From Octopus sinensis (Eukaryota), in contig NW_021832244.1 of NCBI RefSeq assembly GCF_006345805.1, forward strand, positions 1-62,000: DNA of 62,000 nt. The letters run 5' to 3'. Each line of letters opens with the position of its first letter. Position 1 is the stretch's first letter. The position numbers and the translations under genes are program-made. A model generated the notes under the pieces. That model ran no database searches. It saw only the letters and a program-made list of their open reading frames with translations, and was not told where the DNA came from. Below, piece by piece: positions 37,466 through 51,917 of the stretch.

Positions 37466-37634
37466 CCAACAATAGCACAACTTTGCCATCACCACAGCTA
37501 CCAACCAATACCACTAACACCGATACGTTATGAACACTACCACCCACACCCATCTATCATACCACCACCACCAGCACTACTGCCGCATCGACCATCGTCG
37601 ATACCCAACCATCAAGAGTATGCATAAATATTAG

Positions 37635-37816
37635 GTTCCAATTATGGTAGAAGGACAGCACTTTTGTGGGACGGGATGACAGAATTACATCGACCCAAGT
37701 ACGCAACTGGTACTTATTTTATCGACTCCGAAAGGATGCAAGGCAAAACGGACTGCGCCAGAATTTGAACTCAGAATGTAAAGCTGGAAGAAATGTTACT
37801 AAGTATTTTGCCCGAC
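37635..37816 (-). mobile_element. Diverged SINE family A
   Basis: Reverse complement of GAGTTCAAATTC..CATCCTTTCGGAGTCGATAAAATAAGTACCAG. Confidence 0.75.
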
Positions 37817-37982
37817 GAATTAACGATTCTATCACTATGTCCTTTATTCACCCAAGGTTCGGTTTGGTAACAATATATTCACTCATTCATATACACACAC
37901 GCATACATACATACATATATATAGTTATGTGTATATATATATATATATATAATACATATATATATACATATATATATATATA

Positions 37983-38156
<174 letters not shown>

Positions 38157-38177
38157 CATATATACATATATATATAT

Positions 38178-38325
38178 AGGGAGAGTTTACGGAAAAGACA
38201 AAAGATGAAGACAGGTGGTGTACGAAACAAACATATGTATTACTATAAAGCTCAGGAATAGTAAAACTCTTTTACGTTTCGAGCCTACGCTCTTCTACAG
38301 AAAGGAAAAACAAGGAGAGAAATAT
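38178..38325 (-). mobile_element. Family D short element in (TA)n
   Basis: Homologous to 7648-7830; flanked by TA repeats. Confidence 0.7.
38269..38304 (-). ncRNA. Minimal hammerhead-like motif, family D (best copy)
   Basis: CUUU-CUGUAGA-A-GAGC GUAG GCUC-GAAA-CG-UA-AAAG. Confidence 0.6.
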
Positions 38326-38380
38326 ATATGCGTGTGTGTGTGTGTGTATGTGTGTGTGTGTGTGTGCTTGTGTGCATGTT

Positions 38381-38587
38381 TGTGTGTCTGTGTTTGTCCC
38401 TCATCATCGCTTGACAACCGATGTTGGTGTGTTTACGTCCCCGTAACTTAGCGGTTTCGCAAAAGAGACCGATGGGATAAGTACTAGACTCACAAAGTAT
38501 AAGTCATGGGGTCGATTTATTTGACTAAAGGCGCTGCCACAGCATGGCCGCAGTCAAATGACCGAAACAAATAAAAGAATAAAAGAA
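38381..38587 (+). mobile_element. SINE C module
   Basis: Homologous to the other C modules. Confidence 0.85.
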
Positions 38588-38974
38588 TTGTATATGTATG
38601 TGTGTGTTCGTATCACGTCTTCTTTTTACGTTACTCTTACAGCATTTCAAATCACATGACATGCGCCCTCCTCCCTTCACTGCGGCACATTATCCACCAC
38701 TCTCATTCAAGCCCCACATGATAAATTACTATTGACAGAATGCACAAAATCACAATTGACGAAGTGTCGATAAAACGCTTGGCCGTATTTTGTCTCGTCT
38801 TTCCGTCTCTTTACGTTCTCAATAGAAATCGCGGCAGATCCGTATTTTGCTTATATCGATCCCGGACTATATCGATCTAGTATCGGCAAAGTATCTACCA
38901 GCAAAATACAATAGAATCCTTGCGTCTATGGTAGCAATAATTATAATTTTATAGTTCAGCAGAAATCTCCGAAA

Positions 38975-39045
<71 letters not shown>

Positions 39046-39273
39046 CAGCAGCAGCAGCAGCAGTAGGAGGAGGAGGAGGAGGAGGTGGTGGTGGAGGAGG
39101 AGGGAGGAGGGGGAGGAGGGGGAGGAGGGGGAACATGACAGTGAGCTGACAGAATTTCTGTCGTTTTATGTTCTGAGTTCAACTTCCGCCGAAGTTGAAC
39201 TTGCAGTTCAGGATTTCGGAGTCCATAAAAGAAGTATTGATCGCTTCGATCCTGTTTCTTGCATTCATCTTTG

Positions 39274-39321
<48 letters not shown>

Positions 39322-39322
39322 G

Positions 39323-39836
39323 TTACTTTTTTTTTTCTTCTTTCAAATTTTCTTCCATTTCTTGCCGAGTGGCTTCCCGACTCCTAGGGCAAAGAAACTC
39401 ATAGTGTATATTGGTAGGCCATTAAACCAAACTCAGTAGTTCGTTCATTTTTTTTTTTTTTTTTTAAGTTAAATTAAAATGCTGAGCAGCAACAGTTCTC
39501 ACATCGACAATGCTCTTCTCAATACGTGTGATGTACCAGTTAAGACAATCTTTTGCACTTCTTGCAGGGATGGTAAGCCAGGGATCATTCTCATATAATT
39601 TTCGGTTCCCTTCTTGATCATTCCTAGTGCTCCTACGATCACTGGTATTGTAACCGCCTTGAGATGCCACATTTTCTCAATTTCAATGAGTAGGTCTTTA
39701 TTATCTCAATTTCAATGAGTAGGTCTTTATCTCAATTTCAATGAGTAGGTCTTTATTACAATTTCAATGAGTAGGTCTTTATTACAATTTCAATGAGTAG
39801 GTCTTTATCTCAATTTCAATGAGTAGGTCTTTATTA
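39323..39836 (-). mobile_element. 5'-truncated R4/Dong family 1 copy with repeated 5' junction
   Basis: Near-identical to the reverse complement of 1-371; (TTA)n on both sides. Confidence 0.9.
39675..39836. repeat. Six tandem copies of a 26-29-bp unit containing CAATGAGTAGGTCTTTA
   Basis: Unit cores start at 39684, 39713, 39739, 39765, 39791 and 39817. Confidence 0.95.
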
Positions 39837-39884
<48 letters not shown>

Positions 39885-39919
39885 CATCATCATCATCATC
39901 ATCATTATCATCATTATTA

Positions 39920-41690
39920 TGTTTCACGTTTGCTTTGCATTTGTACAAGTTGTCTCCAAGTCTCACCCAGAGACCTCAAGAGACAACAAGTTAGAAGTTC
40001 ATGTTGGTGTTATGCCTTGTGTGTCCTATATTTAGTTTCGTACATAGTATTGTTCTAGAGAAGGTTTAAGAAAACAGGAAAATTATCAGTTTGTTTTAAA
40101 ATTTGAGATTACATAGACAATATTTTATGTAGAATATGGGCAGTTCCCATGAGCACTATCTTTTGAATTTCTGCCATTTTGGGGTCTCCTGGTATCTGAG
40201 CTAGGTAGTAATCAGCCCCTTTTGCTATATCATTTCTAGGGCACCTATGACAACAGGTATTGTTTTAGTCTTCAGGTTCCACATTTTGCTGATTTCTATT
40301 TCCAGTATTTGCTCAGTTTCTGGTAGGTCTTGACAGATACGTTTATATCGATTGGGACAGTCATATCAATGAGGAGGCATGTTTTTTGTCTGAAGTCTTT
40401 TACTATGATGTCTGGCCTATTCGCATATATCTTTCTGTCAGTTTGAATGGGGAAGTCCCAGAGGAGTGAAATGTGGTCCTTTTCAAGCACTGGGGATGGT
40501 TTGTATTCCCACCAGTCTTTATCATGGGGCAAGTCCAGGCTTTTGCAAATTACCCAGTGAATATATTGAGCAGCTCTGTCATGCCTGTTGAGATACTCTG
40601 TAGGCGCAAGAAGACTGCACTTGGAGACAACATGATCAATGGTTTCATTTTGTTGTTGACATACACGACATGTTGGGCTACTGCCGTTCTTTAATATGTT
40701 GGCCTGGTAGTTCCTTGTAGGTAGGCATTGATCTTGAGCTGCTATGATAAACCCTTGTTTCAGATTTTAAGCCAGAGGCCATTAGCGATTGATGGGTCAG
40801 GGCTTTGTCAACATCTGCATTATTCGCTCTCTGGGTATTTGCCATTGAGAGGTTTTTCTTGCCATTTATCATTCAGAATATCTAAGGCAGCAGTTTTAGC
40901 CCGGGTTTTCATGCGCTTAGCTTTTTCTGTGTTTGTTTCTTGTATGTCTAATTCTGGAATTTGTTGTATTTGGAATTCACTTAGATATTCTTTTGCTTGT
41001 TTTGTTACTGAGTATGATGCTTTCTTGTTTTCATGCTTTGAGACAAGTTTTAACATCTAGTCAACAGAGTTTTTCAGTTAGGCGTTTAGACCACTTGTGG
41101 CAATCTTCATTGTTAATTCCAGTTGTAAAAGTCCAAGGCCACCCACTTTTCTTGGCAAGTAAAGTCGTTCTGTATCTGCTTTAGGGTGGTGTATTCTATG
41201 CATTGTCTACAGTTTTCGTATTTTTACATATTTTTACAAGATTACATATTTCAGTAATTGACCAGTTAACGATATTGAAACTGTAAGTCACGTCGGTGAA
41301 AGTATTGATCTCTTCGATCCTTTTTTTTTTTTTTTTTGCATTCAGCTCTGTCTTGAGTATTGCCCTTACCCTGCGATAACATTCTCCTCCGATCCTTTTC
41401 CTCATCACTGAATGTTTGATTCCATCATCTTCAGATACCACTAGATATTCTTAGGTCTCCGCTGGTTCTAACTTCTTTATGACATTCTGCTAATCAAGGT
41501 TAACTGTACATTTATCGAGGCCAAATTGTATCCTGATATCATCACTAAATTGTTTAACAATCGCTAGTAAGCCCTGTAGTTGTTGGTGATTTCTTTGCAA
41601 AGAGCTATTTAAAAAGAAATGATTCAAATTTTCATCAAACATTATATAGCCATATTGTACATCATCGAACAATTTCGAGAGAGGTATTAA
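39920..41690 (-). mobile_element. 5'-truncated, degenerate R4/Dong-type element (family 3)
   Basis: The minus strand reads FSDDIRIQFGLDKC, RRVRAILKTELNA, KWQEKPLNGKYP, SGLKSET, LLWDFPIQTDRKIYANRPDIIV..LIDMTVP and MGTAHILHKILSM*, with a TAA/TGA-repeat tail. Confidence 0.88.
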
Positions 41691-41982
41691 GGTTAGATAA
41701 AAGGGGAGTGGTGATAGGGAGTGACCCTGGAATTATTATTTTGGCGAGATTATTCTGCAAGTAATTCGAAAGACAGGAAAGAGCGAACGAAAGAGAAGGA
41801 TTGACACACGTACAGAACTGGTAATATATTTATAGACCCCCGAAAGGATAAAAGGCAAAGTTAACTTTAGTGGGGTCTGAACCCTTTTAAAAGTAAAGCG
41901 CCAGAACGATTATCTCTCAAACAACTTTTCAAATTACACATGTTCGTGCAATCACAAACACGCACACGCACGCACTTTGATG

Positions 41983-42049
<67 letters not shown>

Positions 42050-42366
42050 TGATACATATATAGACAGATACGCACATATTTATATACATATATATATATA
42101 TAGACAGATACATAATATGCTTGTGTATGTTCGTATGTACGTATGCATGCATGTATGCATAAATGTAAGTATGTATATGATTGGTAGTTCATTGAATGTG
42201 CGTACATCGGGATTGAAAGCAACTTAAATATATTTTTATATGACCAGGGAATTTATTTGTTTCTTTCGTGCATTTTAATATCTTTTACATTATTCATAAT
42301 ATATTTATTTTCTCTGCTTCCAGTCATCAACATCATCATCATCATCAACATCATTATTATAATCGA

Positions 42367-42412
<46 letters not shown>

Positions 42413-42944
42413 GCATTAAATTTTTTGTCTACGAAGTTTATATTAACAGTTCTGCTTAATGCATTAAGAGAATTAGCGATATATGTGCGAAATAATTGAA
42501 AACAACAATAACAGCAACAACAACAATAACAACAACAACAATCCACTGTCTGAAATCTCCACCTAGACATACATACATAGAAAAGCGTATACACACACAT
42601 TCTCGCACATACAAATATACACTCACATACGCGCAGATATACGAATAAAATAAAAAGTTAGACTCGATATCATAATTTTTCTATTTCCTGGCAGAAGTTT
42701 TCTGTTGAAGTCGCGAATATATTTATAAGAATGCAGAGATAAAAATTTATATAAAAAATACAGGAATAAAATTTATTTATTATTGAAAATTAGAGAGGGG
42801 CGGAGCTGGGTGGGGGGTAATGTTTGTTCTTTTATATATTATTGAGTGACATATATTTTCTTGTTCCTAATATGGCTGCTGTTGTTGTTGTTGTAATCCA
42901 GGTTTCTTTAGATTCGGGTGTTGTTGTTTATGTTGCTGCCTCTG

Positions 42945-43715
42945 CTACTGATGCTGATGGTGATCACGATGATGATGATGATAATGATAATGAATGATGA
43001 TGATAATGATGATGATGATAATGATGATGATGTTGATGATGATAATGATGATGATGATGAGGAGGAGGACTAGGAGGATGAGGATGAGGATGTTGATGAT
43101 GGTGGTCGTATCGATAGTGTTATCGACGGCGGTGATTTTAATATGATGATGAGGATTGTGATGGTGAAGTTGATGATGATGATGATGTGATGTTGAGGAG
43201 GAGAAGGAGGATGATATTCTCCTCCATATTTGCCGCTTTGATGGCAATTTTCTATTAAAAGCAACAAAAATTTCCTGAAAATATGAAAGCATATCGATTG
43301 AAAAATGGAGAAAAATTTAAAATTTTGATTTTTTCTTTTTATTGTCTATGTTTTCATTCTTTTTTCTTACATTTGTACACATTTTTTGTGAGATGTCTAT
43401 AAACTTTATATCATTATTATTATTATTGTTAATATTATTATTATTATCATCATCATCATCATCATCATTATTGTTGTTGTTCTTATTAAACATTTCTTAT
43501 TATGCCGATTGTTAATATTGATATCATTATTGTTATTGTCATAACAATTATTACTAGTACTATTACTATTATTATTATCAACATCATTATTATCATCATC
43601 ATTATCATCATTATTATTACAACCATCATTATTGTTATTATTATTGTTGTTGTTGTTATTATTATCATTATGAATATTACTACTATTATTATTTTTATAA
43701 TTATTATTATAATCA

Positions 43716-43746
<31 letters not shown>

Positions 43747-43790
43747 CAGCAGCAGCAGCGGTGAATATCATTTTGTTATTGTTACTTCGT
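42945..43790. repeat. Degenerate (GAT)n/(ATT)n trinucleotide tracts
   Basis: Seen directly. Confidence 0.9.
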
Positions 43791-43975
43791 AATATGGGTT
43801 CCTTATGTGATCTCTACGCGTTTCTCTGCTAGTTTTTATGGTTTCTATTGTTCCTCAATGGGAACATAGATATCGTAAAAGGGTGATGCATACGTAGAAA
43901 TGTATGTATGTATACATGTATGTATGCATGTATGTATGTGTGCGTGATCGTGCGTCTACGTGAGTGTGTGTGTTC

Positions 43976-44039
<64 letters not shown>

Positions 44040-44693
44040 TATATATGAAGAAGGACATGAGGAATAGAAATGTAGGAATATGCACGGTGAAGGAGAGTTT
44101 GGTAAGAAAATGAAATATATGAAATAGTATTATTTTAAAGGGCTGACGTATGATGGTATTACAAATGTGGGGGAGAGATGCGTGTGCGCGTATGTCTAAA
44201 TGCACCACATGCAAAGTTGCGAAAATGCCTATATATATTATGTTTGTTTCTTGTAAGTACTTTTGACAAGACCAATTAAGGAAGCATATTTTTTTATAGT
44301 TTTGTATATATATTTCTGCATGTGATTTAGCTATCTAGGGGATTACACACACACACACAACCTCACACACAAACACACACACACACACACACACACGATC
44401 TGACACACATACACATGAGTATTATGAATCTATATGTATATATAAATACGCATGTACGTATGTCTGTATATATATATGTGTGTATGTGTATGTATATAAA
44501 TATAATATATATATATATATTTATATACATATATATATATATATATAAATATATTTATATTTATATTCATGCATATATATATGTATATGTATACACACAC
44601 ATATGCATGTATGTATGTTTCAATCTATATTTATATTATACATGTGAGTCTGTGTGTATTATATATACATGTGTGTGTGTATATATATATGTT

Positions 44694-44727
<34 letters not shown>

Positions 44728-45131
44728 GTATGTAATATATATATATATATATACTATATATATATATATACACATACATATTCACAAAAGTACATGTGTG
44801 TGCGCGTGTGTTTATATCTCTGTATGCGAATGTGTGTGGAGTGTTTGTGTGTGATACAACATTAAAATGAAATATTCGGCGAATATAAATGCAAACTGCA
44901 TTTTCCACTCGGGATGAAATTGTAAAGAAAAAATATGAAATAAAATGAACGATGTGTGTAGATATATTACAAAGTCTGTCGTTTTATGTTTGTAGCTTTG
45001 TAGTTTAATAAGGAAATGAATTTGAAATGCCGAACATAAAGTGGGCAGGAAGCGTTTTAAAATGGCGTTAGTTTTAGAGATCGGTCTACGACGGAAGAGT
45101 TAGTGGCGGAAGCGGTGTTTGTATCGACGGC

Positions 45132-45420
45132 AGTGGTGGTGGTGGTGGTGGTGGTGGTGGTGGTGGTGGTGGTAATAGAGTTGGTAGTAGTAGTGGTGAT
45201 GGTGGTGTTGGTGATGGTGTTGATGGTGGTGGTGGTGGTGGTGATGCAGATAGTGGTGGTGGTGGTGGTGGTAATAGAGTTGGTAGTAGTAGTGGTGATG
45301 GTGGTGTTGGTGATGGTGTTGATGGTGGTGGTGGTGGTGGTGGTGGTGGTTTTAATTGTGGTGGTGGTGGTGGTGATGCAGATAGTGGTGGTGGTGGTGG
45401 TGCTGGTAATGGTGGGGATT
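45132..45420. repeat. (GGT)n tract with a 99-bp higher-order repeat
   Basis: AATAGAGTTGGTAGTAGTAGTGGTGATGG occurs twice, ~99 bp apart. Confidence 0.8.
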
Positions 45421-45644
45421 CTGTTCAAAATAGTAGTTGTGATGGTAATCGATTAAGCTGTTATCGTGGTGGTTGCAGTGAAATTGGTAGTGTAGGTGGT
45501 GGAGATGGGGGGTGTTAGTGTTGGTGCGGTGGTTGTAGTTGTGGTCCTGATGGTTGTGATTGTGATGAAGAAGATGATAATGATGATGACGTAGAGGACG
45601 GTACGTTAGAAACAAGTCATTATGATGAAGATGATGGCGAGCGG

Positions 45645-45690
45645 TAATAATAATGATAATGATTATGATAATAATAACAATATAATAATA

Positions 45691-45722
<32 letters not shown>

Positions 45723-45734
45723 GTAATAATAATG

Positions 45735-45783
<49 letters not shown>

Positions 45784-45802
45784 TAATAATAATATAATAA
45801 TA

Positions 45803-45838
<36 letters not shown>

Positions 45839-45852
45839 TAATATAATAATAA

Positions 45853-45902
<50 letters not shown>

Positions 45903-45919
45903 TAATAATAATAATAATG

Positions 45920-45951
<32 letters not shown>
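45645..45951. repeat. Long (TAA)n microsatellite
   Basis: Seen directly. Confidence 0.95.
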
Positions 45952-45952
<1 letters not shown>

Positions 45953-46161
45953 GTTTCAAACTTTCCAAAGAGGCAGCCATTTTGGGGTAGAGGACGAGTC
46001 GATTATATCGACCCCAGGATTTCACTGGTACTAATTTTATCGACCCCAAATGATGTAAGGCATAGTCGACCTCGGCGGAATTTGGACTCAGAACGTGGCG
46101 ACAGGCGAAATACCGTTAAGTATTTCGTCCAGCGTGCTAACGACTCTGCCTGCTCATCGCC
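45952..46161 (-). mobile_element. SINE family A (tail 2)
   Basis: Reverse complement of the family A head, body and tail 2. Confidence 0.82.
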
Positions 46162-46193
46162 TTAACCATAATAATAATAATAATAATAATAAC

Positions 46194-46274
<81 letters not shown>

Positions 46275-46275
46275 A

Positions 46276-46438
46276 TCATTTCTTCTTCTTTCAAATTAGC
46301 TTCCATTTCTTGCCGAGTGTCTTCACGACTCCTAGGGCAAAGAAACTCATAGTATACATCGGTAGGCCATTAAACTAAACTAACTAGTTCGTTCATTTTC
46401 TTTTTTTTGATAGAAATAAAGTTAAGTTAAAATACATG
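46276..46438 (-). mobile_element. R4/Dong family 1, 3' UTR-only stub
   Basis: Matches 47221-47380 and 215-365; (TTA)n flanks. Confidence 0.85.
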
Positions 46439-46467
46439 GGTAGTAATAGTTCTTCTTCTTCTTCTTC

Positions 46468-46501
<34 letters not shown>

Positions 46502-46506
46502 TATTA

Positions 46507-46578
<72 letters not shown>

Positions 46579-47148
46579 GAGTGAGAGAGCAGTTCATGCC
46601 ATCAAAGTGACACTGGGGTAAAATATACGAAGCCCAATATACCCATCATGACTACCCGTCTGATAAGGGTACACCAGGCACATGCATCACAACCATATGT
46701 GCGCGACATGGTGATCTCATATCAAGATAAACAGCACATGACCTTGCAGGTGGGGCCCAGTTAGAATTTTCTTCAGGTCGAGTAACCCATCCTGCTCAAA
46801 AGGTCCCTGAATAAGGGTTGTTTAAGGATGTTGAAAGAACCACCCATGTTTCCAGAGGTGAATTATTCAAACCCCAAAGAATCCCTCTCAACACATGGCT
46901 ATGATGCTCCTCCACTACTTCTGCTCGTGATCAGAGATGCACATATCGTCAGCCACTAAGGGACGTGCTCAACTGGTTAAGGTCAAACAACTGACAAGCA
47001 AATCTGTGGTATTGAGCAGGATATTTACTGTAGCCCATCTTTTATACCAAGACAAAACAATGTACATGATTACACTTCCAATCAGTTAAGATCAGAAGCC
47101 ATGAGAGCCACTGCCTGGTACTGCATCAGGGCAATTACTGCATCAGGG
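46579..47148 (-). mobile_element. Element X, copy 2, with short 5' duplication
   Basis: End-to-end homologue of 23673-24216. CCCTGATGCAGTAAT is duplicated at the 5' junction (47133-47148). (TTA)n flanks. Confidence 0.85.
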
Positions 47149-47155
47149 AAATTAC

Positions 47156-47220
<65 letters not shown>

Positions 47221-47221
<1 letters not shown>

Positions 47222-50200
47222 TTTTTTTTTTCTTCTTTCAAATTTTCTTCCATTTCTTGCCGAGTGGCTTCCCGACTCCAAGGGCAAAGAAACTCATAGT
47301 GTATATTGGTAGGCCATTAAACCAAACTCAGTAGTTCGTTCATTTTTTTTAAAGTTAAATTAAAATGCATGAGCAGCAACAGTTCTCACATCGACAATGC
47401 TCTTCTCAATACGTTGGATGTACCAGTTAAGACAATCTTTTGCACTTCTTGCAGGGATGGTAAGCCAGGGATCATTCTCATATAATTTTCGGTTCCCTTC
47501 TTGATCATTCCTAGTGCTCCTACGATCACTGGTATTGTAACCGCCTTGAGATGCCACATTTTCTCAATTTCAATGAGTAGGTCTTTATATTTTCTGAGCT
47601 TGTCAAACTCTTTCGCTGAGATATTATGATCACAGGGGATGCTCATGTCGATCAATAAGCAAACTTTATGTTTTGGTCTTTCACAACAATATCTGGTTAT
47701 TGGCCTTGATGGTTCGGTCTGTATGTACTGGAAAGTCCCACAGAATGGTTACATTTTCTCCTTCAGTTACAGCCTCAGGGTGGTGATTATACCACTTGTC
47801 GGCAGTTTTGATATTGTAATGCCGACTTATTAGCCAGTGGAGATATTGGCCAACTCTGTCATGTCTTAATTTATACTCCACTGGTGCTAAGACTTTACAT
47901 CCAGAGATTAGGTGGTCCACTGTTTCAATCATGTCGTTGCAGAATCGGCATTTGGGTCTGCTCCATTTTTCATCACATTGGCCTGGTAGTTCCGGGTTGA
48001 TAGGCTTTGGTCTTGAGCAGCCAGGATGAAACCTTCGCTCTCTGCTTTTAGCCCTGAGCTCCGCAGCCACTGATGGTTTGCTTCTGGTCAACATCAGCTT
48101 GTTTGCTGCGGGTCACATATTTGCCGTGCAGAGGTTTCTCCTCCCACCTATCAGCCAATTGCTCGTGAGCTTTTTTCATTGCCATCATTTTCACCTTCTT
48201 TGCAACAATAGTTGCGTACTTCCCTCGGGTTGTTCAGTTTGGGTATCCTGCACGAGATCAATAGCAAATTTTTTGCTTTCCTTTATGATAGAATGAAGCT
48301 TATTTCGTCTCTCGTGATTTTCCACGAGCTTTAGCATCCAGTCTTTCGATATTTCGAGATATTTGGCCAGTCCAATTGTGGTTGTTTTGTAAGCTAGTTC
48401 AAATTGGATCAGGCCTCAACCTCCTTGGGCTCTGGGAAGGTAAAGGCGATCTACGTCTGCCTTTGGGTGGTGCATCCTATTACAACTCAGCAGCTTGCGT
48501 ATTTTTCTATCTATATTCTTTACTTCACTCATATTCCAGTTCAACACATTGTAGCTATAAGTAACAACTGGAACTGCTAGGGAATTTATAGCTAACACCT
48601 TGTTACGTGCATTTAGTTCAGATTTCAGGACTGCACGAACTCTCCTATAACATTACTTCCTGATTTTCTGTTTCATGCTTGCATGCTGAATACCAGAGCC
48701 TTCATTTATCCCTAAATATTTGTATGTTTGTTCTTGCTCAAGCTCTCTTATGACTGTGTCAACATCTAACACGACTGAATTTGTGGTCTTCACTTTCCCT
48801 TTCTGGAAAGTGGCCTTGGCACACTTCTCAAGTCCAAACTCCATCCCGATGTCATCGCTGAATGATTTCACGGTGCGCAATAGGCCTTCAAGTTCATTAT
48901 TGTCTTTACCATAAAGTTTTAAGTCATCCATATAAAATAGATGGCTTATTTTTTTATTGGCAATTTTATACCCATACCTTGTTCTGTTTAATTCACTTGT
49001 AAGGGGTATTAGGGCTATGCAGAATATTAAAGGTGAAAGTGAGTCACCTTGAAAAATTCCACAGTTGATGTTTATATTTTCTGAGGCAAGTACTCCATTA
49101 GAGTGGTATAATTGGAGATTCGTATTCCACAACGACATATTGTGCTTCAGGAAGTTTGAAATCACAGGGGAAATTTTGAAGATGTCCAGCGATCTCAAGA
49201 TCCATGGATACGGTATACTGTCGAAGGACTTTTTATAGTCAATCCATGCGGTGCTGAGATTTCTGCGCTTGTTGTGACAGTTCTCAAGGATCATACGATT
49301 GATTAGCAGTTGATTTGCTTGCATCCGTAAGAGCCTCGGCGGCACCCTTTTTGTTCAATGGGGAAAATATCGTTCTTCTCCATGAATGCATATGTTTTCT
49401 CCGCCAGGATAGATGTTAGGATTTTATACGTGGTGGATAGACAGGTTATAGGCCGATAGTTTTTTGGAAGGTTGGTTTCGTTATTCTTTGGGAGTAGGTA
49501 AGTAATGCCACTTGCTAACCATTCAGGTGTTTTCTTTGGGTCTCTCATAATTCCATTGAGCAGCTGAACTAGCTTACCGTGTGCGCACGGGAGCGATGCG
49601 AGCCAGAAATTCGGCACCCTATCTTTACCGGGGGATTTCCAATTATGGGCCTTCGTGAGTGCCTTTCTTAGGTCTGCTATTGTGATGTCTTCCCATGCTT
49701 GTTGTTGTACATTTTGGTAGGATCCTTCAGTTTGTATAATCCAGTCTGCATTTATGTTGTACGTCTTCTTGTCACTCCAAATCCTTTTCCAAAAGTTTTG
49801 AACTTCTTCCATGGGAGGGGGTCTTTAACGGTTACTTTCTCCTTCCCTATTTCTCTGTAGAATTTTTTGGCATTGGATGTGAACAGCTTATTTTGCTTGT
49901 AAAACTTGTTTCTCTTCTCAAATCTTCGTATTCTTTGGGCTTTTGCTTGGACTTTTTGTTTCAGCGTTTCTTTTATTGATATCAGTTCTTCTCTGGTGAG
50001 GATCCAAATTTTCTCTTCATCTTTCTTCCTGTTCTGGATCTACATCATTCTTTCACATATTAGTTCATTTAATATTGATATTTCCCCTCTCTAAATTCAA
50101 TCTCTTTTTCAATTTTACTTCTCCAGGTTTGATTTCTTCCCAGGTTTTGTTTTCTTTGTTTTTTCGGGGGCATACAGCTGGTTTCAATTGCCCTAGCAGA

Positions 50201-51180
50201 AGCGTAAATAATTTCATTTAACTCAGTAAAATCAGGTTTTAATTCTCGAATTATTTCATTTGTTACATAGTTGCCAGTTTGGATTTGTTTTTTATTTTGG
50301 TTTGTATTTGAGAGTTTATGAAGCGGTTCTCTATCATTCATACTTGTATGTCTTACAACTTCAAGCGTATTCAGGATTTTCTGCCTCATTTCTGCTATAG
50401 ACTCTCTGTGTTCTTCAGCAAATGCGAGATCTTCAGTTACTGTTGTTTTTTCGTTTTCCTGGCTATCTTTAACAGGTACAATAGAATTTCTTGTATCTTC
50501 AGGCCTTTGCGTACTTTGGTCAGATGGCAGTCTTTCAATTAAGCCTCGTGGCGGGCTATACTGTTCATCTGATTCTTCATTTCCTTTGTGTCTTATATTT
50601 ATGTCATTTTCCGTTGCGTGCTTGATCGCGCTTATTTCACTGTCTGTGAGTCTGTTATTTCTAAAGATATCCCTCCTCACATTTGCTAATTTGTTCTCGT
50701 CCAAATAGGGCCTACTGTCTTGATTCCGTGTTCTCCATATACTGTAAGAGTTTGCGGTGTGTCTCTCTTGAGATGGCCTACCTAATGCATAGTAATAAGC
50801 GTATATTACTTCTTTATACTCTTCTCGGGTCCATTTGTTCCGCTTACATTTTTCTTTCTGTGGTGGTTGTGGTGGTGAACTTGGAGGGCTCGAGTTGGGG
50901 GATTTCCCGTTCAAGTGACCATCCATGTCCTTATTCGGAGAAGAGTTTGTGCCAGTTGATGACTTTTCGATCCCAGGCTGGCTCTTCCCTGGGGGACGCG
51001 CTTCCAGATTAACCATAGGACAAGCGATTTGGTATACTGATTTAGTTTTCTTTTAGCTTCCAAAAACATTTTGGTGCTACGATAATGTTATCATTTTTTA
51101 GCTTTGATTGGCTCGTGGGGAGACGGCCATCATTGCCGTTACAATTATAATCGTACCATTATAACAGCCGTAGTCGGCTT
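47221..51180 (-). mobile_element. Near-full-length R4/Dong-type non-LTR retrotransposon (family 1)
   Basis: Order on minus: 5' UTR, N-terminal domain (KWTREEYKEV), RT (QGDSLSPLIFCIAL, YMDDLKLY), CCHC (CRFC..VDHLISGC), RLE (IDMSIP..KLRKYKDL), 3' UTR, (TAA)n. Confidence 0.93.
47386..51016 (-). pseudogene. Single RT-RLE ORF split by frameshifts
   Basis: Colinear ORF segments 50069-51016, 49303-49812, 48653-49345, 48416-48598, 47681-48094 and 47386-47655. Confidence 0.9.
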
Positions 51181-51394
51181 ATTATTGTTATTATCATCAC
51201 ATTACATCACTATCATCATTATCACCACCATTACCATCATCATTATCATCATCACCATCACCATCACCACCATCATCATCAATGATATTGTTTTATGTGT
51301 AGTCACAGCAGTATCTTATTATTGTTATTTTTGTTTTTTTATCATTATCACCATCACAGTAGTGTCTGTCTGTCTCGTTGGCTGGCTGACTATC

Positions 51395-51431
<37 letters not shown>

Positions 51432-51448
51432 GAGTGAGAGAGCAGTTC
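51432..51448 (-). mobile_element. 17-bp 3' stub of element X in (TTA)n
   Basis: GAGTGAGAGAGCAGTTC is identical to 46579-46595. Confidence 0.7.
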
Positions 51449-51479
<31 letters not shown>

Positions 51480-51491
51480 TTTATTTTTATG

Positions 51492-51564
<73 letters not shown>

Positions 51565-51579
51565 TTATCATTATTATTA

Positions 51580-51621
<42 letters not shown>

Positions 51622-51646
51622 TATTATTATATTATTATTATTATTA

Positions 51647-51701
<55 letters not shown>

Positions 51702-51843
51702 AAACTGGCAATATTTTTAATAGTACGTAGTAATGCAATTTTATAGAGAAACGAAGGCAAGAAATAGATATTTTTCTTAAGCAATACAAACACTGGCATA
51801 TATCAGAGAGTACAAACGCGTAAGCACACTTATATACACCTGA

Positions 51844-51917
<74 letters not shown>

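Noticed and set aside
39675-39836. CRISPR-like array
   Set aside because: There are no unique spacers, the unit is retrotransposon coding sequence, and the context is eukaryotic.
51017-51180. HDV-like ribozyme in the Dong 5' UTR
   Set aside because: A P3/L3-like CGU-CUCCCC-ACG and a GCUAA are present on minus, but P1 and P2 could not be paired by eye.
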